NCBI GenBank assembly: GCA_963664115.2
Contig: CAXWPJ010000007.1
Location: 40,732-104,731, forward strand
Source: Terriglobia bacterium
GTDB lineage: Bacteria > Acidobacteriota > Terriglobia > 20CM-2-55-15
Reading direction: 5' to 3'
Length of the DNA: 64,000 nucleotides
Each line of letters begins with the position of its first letter. Position 1 is the stretch's first letter. The notes under the pieces were generated by a model. It saw only the letters and a list, made by a program, of their open reading frames with translations, was not told the DNA's origin and searched no databases. Below are positions 59,311 to 64,000 of this stretch, piece by piece. The position numbers were made by a program, and so were the translations under genes.

Positions 59311-60681
59311 ATGATGCGATTTCAAATTTCCAGAGCCACCACATGGCTCATGTTCCTCGCGCTATCGGTTCCGTCCGGGTGGGCACAGCGCACCGAACTC
59401 GAACCGGGTTTCAACGTATTCTCTCCCGACGAAGATGTTGAGATGGGCCGCCGGGTCGCAAGCGAGGCCGAGCAGGAACTCGATCTCATCGACGACGCCC
59501 TCCTGGGCGAATACATCAATCGCCTGGGACAGCAACTCGCAACGGTCACTCCGTTCGAGCCTTACACCTATCAATTCACTCTCGTCAACGATTCAAGCAT
59601 CAACGCCTTTGCTCTCCCGGGAGGCTTCATCTATATCCACCGGGGCATCCTCGAGGCGGCTGACCGGGAAGCTGAAGTTGCGGGCGTCATCGCGCACGAG
59701 ATCGGACACGTGGCCCTACGCCATGGAACGAATCAGGCATCGAAAGCTTACATTGCGCAAGCTCCGCTCGCGCTCTTGGGAGGGCTTTTTGGTGGGGGTG
59801 GCGGTGTGGGGTCTATCTTGACTCAGTTGGGAGTGGGCTTTGGAGCCAACTCTATTTTTCTCAAGTTTTCCAGGGATGCCGAGCGGCAGGCCGATTTGCT
59901 CGGAGCACAGATTCTCTACGATGCCGGTTATGACCCGAAAGGGATGACCGAGTTCTTCGAGAAGATGGAAGCCGAAGCCGGTAGCGGTGGCTCTGAATTT
60001 TTCAGGAGCCATCCGAATCCCGGCAACCGTTTGGGCAACGTGGCCGACGAGATCGAACGACTCGGTGCCCCCCCCGCCACCTACTTCGACGATTTTTCCG
60101 GATTCCGCCGGGTCAAAGCCCGTCTCGCGGACATCCCTGAAGTTTCCCCAGGGGAGCGAGAGCGGGCGCGGGAAGCTCGCACCCCAAGGCGTCCACCGGA
60201 ACCACCATCGAGGCGATACCAGAATTACCAGACGAACAGCTTCCGCTTGATCTTCCCCGTAAATTGGACCGCTTACGAGTCCACCGATTCGCTCAGCTTT
60301 GCGCCTGAGAGGGGATTCGGGGGAGAGAACGACGGCCTCGGATACGGACTCCTCATTTCAACGTTTGAACCCACCCCCAACAGACGAGGACGACTGACAC
60401 TGGAGGACGCGACCGACCAACTCATCTCAAGTTTGCGTCGCGCGAATCCATCAATGCGCATCGGGCAGGGATACCGAAGGGAAAGGCTGGATGGCTTGAA
60501 TGCCATGTCGGTGGGTATCGGATCGGAGTCTCCCTTCGGAGGTCCCGAAAGAGACTGGCTCGTTACGGTATTCAGTCCTGATGGCGCGTTCTACTACTTC
60601 ATCGCGGTAACCCCTGAAGCCGCCTTCGGTGACTACGAGGAAACCTTCGGAACGATCTTCGATTCCATCCGTTTCAGATAG
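59311..60681 (+). CDS. M48 family metalloprotease (BepA-like) with C-terminal extension
   Basis: Signal peptide, INAFALPGG, HEIGH, SR.AE.QAD, SHP. Confidence 0.92.
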   Translation: MMRFQISRATTWLMFLALSVPSGWAQRTELEPGFNVFSPDEDVEMGRRVASEAEQELDLIDDALLGEYINRLGQQLATVTPFEPYTYQFTLVNDSSINAFALPGGFIYIHRGILEAADREAEVAGVIAHEIGHVALRHGTNQASKAYIAQAPLALLGGLFGGGGGVGSILTQLGVGFGANSIFLKFSRDAERQADLLGAQILYDAGYDPKGMTEFFEKMEAEAGSGGSEFFRSHPNPGNRLGNVADEIERLGAPPATYFDDFSGFRRVKARLADIPEVSPGERERAREARTPRRPPEPPSRRYQNYQTNSFRLIFPVNWTAYESTDSLSFAPERGFGGENDGLGYGLLISTFEPTPNRRGRLTLEDATDQLISSLRRANPSMRIGQGYRRERLDGLNAMSVGIGSESPFGGPERDWLVTVFSPDGAFYYFIAVTPEAAFGDYEETFGTIFDSIRFR

Positions 60682-60769
60682 GACAATCATCGCGGACCTG
60701 GAAGGCCATCGGAGTTCGAAAGCGAACTTCTAGCCCCACACGAATATCGTGAGCGAAAGGCGCGGGATA

Positions 60770-61000
60770 TAAGATTTCGCTCGGTCGTTCTTACGGCCGA
60801 CCGTCTCTGTCGCACCATGTGCGTTGGGCCGAACGACCGGCGACCCTCTCCATCATCCTGATGGAGAGGCTTATTGGGATCAACGGAATGTGAAGCAGTT
60901 CCCCGAAAAATAACCCGCACTGGCTCGGCAGTGCGGGTGGACGGCTTTCAAATTGAAGAGGCGGTCGCCGAGGCGTCTAGAGTAAGAAGATGATTGGATC
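60770..61000. ncRNA. Structured dispersed element, copy B
   Basis: Same orientation as copy A; first hairpin extended by an inserted sub-hairpin. Confidence 0.75.
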
Positions 61001-61044
61001 GGCCAGCACGAAACTCTTAAGCGGCAAACCTCCCCCCCAACCCA

Positions 61045-61632
61045 CTACTCCCAACTCTCCGCCTTCAAGTAAGTCCCGAATACAAAATCCCACACCGGGG
61101 AGGTCACACCAAAACACTTCGTCTCGTCGACGAAGTGATGCCGAAAGTGGCGGCTTCGATGGCCGCTGAGACCCAAGGTGGACCCGCTGGTGTGGACACG
61201 GTAATGCACCCATTCATAGTAGAGAAAGCCCGCCCACACGCCCATCACCAGGCCTGTGGTCGTCGTGGTATTTCCGGTCGCCCCATAGGTGAGTCCCAGA
61301 ATGATTACCGAAAGCGGCAGTGTGGTTCGGGCCCGGGCCAGGATGCATTTCGGATCCCGGGGCCGTCCGTGATGGACGAGATGGAATCCGGAAACGAAGT
61401 TGGCCAGGCCCCGGCTCTGGGGTTTCCAGTGAAAAAAGAAGCGATGGAGCCCGTATTCGATCAGCGTCCAGAGAAAGATCCCGAAAGGAATCATGATGAC
61501 GTAGTCCGCCACCCAACGCTCCGGTTCACGCGATTGGCCAAGATAAATCAGGAGCAACGACGCGAACGGATAGATCCAGAAAGAGCTGAAACGCATCAGG
61601 CGAGCTCCTGAACCATCAACTGGGTTCTTCAA
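61045..61632 (-). CDS. Fatty acid hydroxylase/sterol desaturase family protein
   Basis: EY.LHR..FH, H..HH, YEW.HY..H, H..HH, FGVTSP.WD; start possibly 61596. Confidence 0.9.
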   Translation of the reverse strand: MKNPVDGSGARLMRFSSFWIYPFASLLLIYLGQSREPERWVADYVIMIPFGIFLWTLIEYGLHRFFFHWKPQSRGLANFVSGFHLVHHGRPRDPKCILARARTTLPLSVIILGLTYGATGNTTTTTGLVMGVWAGFLYYEWVHYRVHTSGSTLGLSGHRSRHFRHHFVDETKCFGVTSPVWDFVFGTYLKAESWE

Positions 61633-62317
61633 GCTGCGGGACCTTCAACCGCCAGATTGCCATTGCGGCCAGAACCGCATAGAGGACGCAGCCCGCAATC
61701 AATGGCCAGACCAACCACGGAAAGGCAGTGAACAGTTCCACCGAGAGGTAAGCCTGGATATAGCAGAGCGGCGCCATGCCAAAGAGTGTGCCGATCATCA
61801 CCGCAGAAGTCGAAATCGGTGTCAGGCCGGCGGCGTATGAGACGATGTCCGATGAAGTGAGCGGGTTCACCCGCAACAGGGCGATGCTGAGTACTCCGTG
61901 TCGGAGGATGAAATCTTTGACACCGAAGAGCCGGCCCGTTGAAAAGAAATCCTTGCTCCACGAACGGCCCACGAGCGTCCGCATGAGTTCGCAACAAATT
62001 CCGGCGGCGACGATGTTGCCGATCAACGCAAGCGTACCTCCCCAGAATCCACCAAAAATCACGCCGCCCGGCAGATACAGAATCGCTCCCGGAATAGGCG
62101 CGATCACGCATTCGGCAACGACGAGAAGAACATAGGCCAGGGGCGCCAGAGGCCCCCAACTGCTGAAGAAAGCCCGCATGGATTCGATCTTGTCTGCCGA
62201 GCTCGCGTCAACACTGAACAGGACGGCAATGACGCCACCGCTCCAGTAGGACCACACGACGATCACCCCAAACCCCAGGAGAGTTATGATCGCCAACAGG
62301 CGCCCCTTATTCACCAA
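61616..62317 (-). CDS. TVP38/TMEM64 (VTT/DedA) membrane protein
   Basis: PIPG......G..FG, LR..P....D..SY.AGLT. Confidence 0.88.
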   Translation of the reverse strand: MVNKGRLLAIITLLGFGVIVVWSYWSGGVIAVLFSVDASSADKIESMRAFFSSWGPLAPLAYVLLVVAECVIAPIPGAILYLPGGVIFGGFWGGTLALIGNIVAAGICCELMRTLVGRSWSKDFFSTGRLFGVKDFILRHGVLSIALLRVNPLTSSDIVSYAAGLTPISTSAVMIGTLFGMAPLCYIQAYLSVELFTAFPWLVWPLIAGCVLYAVLAAMAIWRLKVPQLEEPS

Positions 62318-62525
62318 CGATCACCCCTCTGACGCCACATGCGGTTTCCACTGTAAGTAAAGTTCATGACGTCTCCACTTTACCATCCGCGCATGCACCC
62401 GTTCCGCAAGGATTGAACTCCGCGGAGGCCGCCGGGAACGAATAGAAGCTCTGGAGGGTCACCCACACCCGAACTCCCTCGTTGCACCCGCGGGAGAAAA
62501 GTGCGACCCTCTTCGTCTATCGCTT

Positions 62526-63770
62526 ATGCCTCGCAAGGACTCCATTGACACTATCCGTAAATCGCTGGACCGTGCCAGCCAGGAGCTCCGGATACTCCAC
62601 GAGATCAGCCAGTCGATCAGCTGTAATTTAGACCTGGACCAGGTCCTCAAGGAAATCATTGACCTCGTCGTCGATGTCACCCGCTGCGATTCCTGTCTGC
62701 TCTATCTGGTGGACGAGTCCGAACCGTATCTCTTCTTGCGGGCATCCAAGAACCCCCATCCACGACTGATCGGAAGGATCGCACTAAAGGTTGGAGAGGG
62801 CATTACCGGGTGGGTGGCCGAGAACGCCGAACTGGTCATGATCGATAAGAATGCCGGTAAAGATCCACGCTTCAAAGTGTTCAACAACCTTCCCGAGGAC
62901 CGCTACGACGCCTTCCTTTCGGTTCCCATCATTGTAGCTCCGGATAAAGTAATCGGCGTCATCAACGTCCAGCACCGAAAGTCCCACCGCCACACAGACC
63001 GGGAACGTACATTGATTTCGATTATCGGTCACCAGGTCGGAGGCGCCATCGAGAACGCACGTTTGTACGAAGAGACGAAGCGGCGCAACATGCAGCTGTC
63101 GACTCTCTCTCAGGTCAGCCAGATCGCAGCCTCCGGTCAATATCTGGACGAAATGCTCCAACTGATCGTGAACATGCTGGGTGAAACGATGCCCGCACGG
63201 GTCTGCTCCATCATGTTGGTGAATCAAAAGAAGAACGAACTGGTTTTGAAAGCGGCGAAGTGTTCGAGTCAGGAGTACTGGAAGAAACCCAACCTGAAGA
63301 TAGGGAAGAGCCTGATATCCCGAGTCGTGAAGCAGGGTAAGGCCCTGATGGTCAAAGACGTAACGAAAGAGGCGGATTATCTTTATCCGGAACTGGCAAA
63401 GAAAGAAGGGGTGCGCTCGCTGGTTTCAGTACCGATGCTCGCCAAAGGGACTGTGATCGGGGTGGTGAATGTTTATTCGGATGAAGGGCGCGTGTTTTCG
63501 GATGACGATATGCGTGTCCTTACGACGGTCTCGGGTCAGGCAGCTCTCGCCATTGAAAACACGAACCTGGCAGTGGAAATTCAGGAAAGGGAAGCTGCGC
63601 TGGAAGCAAGAAAGATCGTCGAACGCGCCAAAAGCGTTCTCCAGCAGCAGCTTGCGTTATCTGAGGACGAAGCCTATCGCAGACTGCGGAAGCAAAGCAT
63701 GAAGACCCGGCGGACGATGCGCGAAATTGCCGAGGCGGTTATTCTCTCCAGTGAGGTGGGGTCAAATTGA
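62526..63770 (+). CDS. GAF-GAF-ANTAR RNA-binding regulator
   Basis: Two GAF domains (GEGITGWVA, SVP...GVINV) and C-terminal ANTAR (RK.VERAK..L...LSE.EAY..L...SM). Confidence 0.9.
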   Translation: MPRKDSIDTIRKSLDRASQELRILHEISQSISCNLDLDQVLKEIIDLVVDVTRCDSCLLYLVDESEPYLFLRASKNPHPRLIGRIALKVGEGITGWVAENAELVMIDKNAGKDPRFKVFNNLPEDRYDAFLSVPIIVAPDKVIGVINVQHRKSHRHTDRERTLISIIGHQVGGAIENARLYEETKRRNMQLSTLSQVSQIAASGQYLDEMLQLIVNMLGETMPARVCSIMLVNQKKNELVLKAAKCSSQEYWKKPNLKIGKSLISRVVKQGKALMVKDVTKEADYLYPELAKKEGVRSLVSVPMLAKGTVIGVVNVYSDEGRVFSDDDMRVLTTVSGQAALAIENTNLAVEIQEREAALEARKIVERAKSVLQQQLALSEDEAYRRLRKQSMKTRRTMREIAEAVILSSEVGSN

Positions 63771-64000
63771 ACCCGGGCGGGCGCTGGCGCCGATGATGGT
63801 CCGAAGCTCTTCCTCGTAGTACTTGCGATAGAGGATATCCCATTCCTCACTGCCTTCCGGGATCGGACGGGTCTGTGACTCGATCTTCTCGCGGGCGATC
63901 TTGTCCATACCCTCTTCCTTCTTGAGCCACTTGTTCAGAATTTCCAGGGCAGCCAGGCGGATCGTGTTGCGATCTTCCTTGAAAGTCACTTCGTCGATCT
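63762..64000 (-). CDS. DUF507 family protein (5' truncated by window edge)
   Basis: AR.KI......IPEGS.EWDILY.KYY.EE. Confidence 0.75.
   Translation of the reverse strand, partial: IDEVTFKEDRNTIRLAALEILNKWLKKEEGMDKIAREKIESQTRPIPEGSEEWDILYRKYYEEELRTIIGASARPGSI

Noticed and set aside
62320-62525. ANTAR dual-hairpin target upstream of the ANTAR gene
   Set aside because: No pair of hexaloop hairpins with the A1/G4 pattern could be drawn convincingly.

Overview
GC-rich bacterial window, probably from an Acidobacteriota-like genome (inferred from gene content such as DUF507, xseB-ispA-tlyA-nadK, GAF-ANTAR and secreted FAH/MBL clusters; not proven). It holds about 70 CDSs, two tRNAs (Arg-ACG, Val-TAC), an IS6 and an IS630. 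Main observations: (1) a ~12.5-kb integrase-less island bounded by tRNA-Arg and a 42-bp copy of its 3' half, carrying a PspA/polyamine locus (SpeD, membrane-fused SpeE, Tat flavoenzyme, DUF350, DUF4178, a Gly-rich protein ending in GK, YbjN/CesT-like, J-domain, K+ channel, M50 protease) plus an AbiTii-like remnant; (2) three dispersed copies of a ~200-230 nt multi-hairpin element I cannot assign to a family, with compensatory base changes, each between convergent genes; (3) a UGA-interrupted DsbA/FrnE-like gene (U-P-W-C) with a SECIS-like hairpin, a probable selenoprotein truncated in the ORF track; (4) a candidate ~75-nt sRNA with an anti-Shine-Dalgarno-like stretch; (5) an uncharacterised cluster of exported proteins (FAH, degenerate MBL, three related hypothetical proteins). 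All family assignments come from motif recognition by eye; no searches were run.
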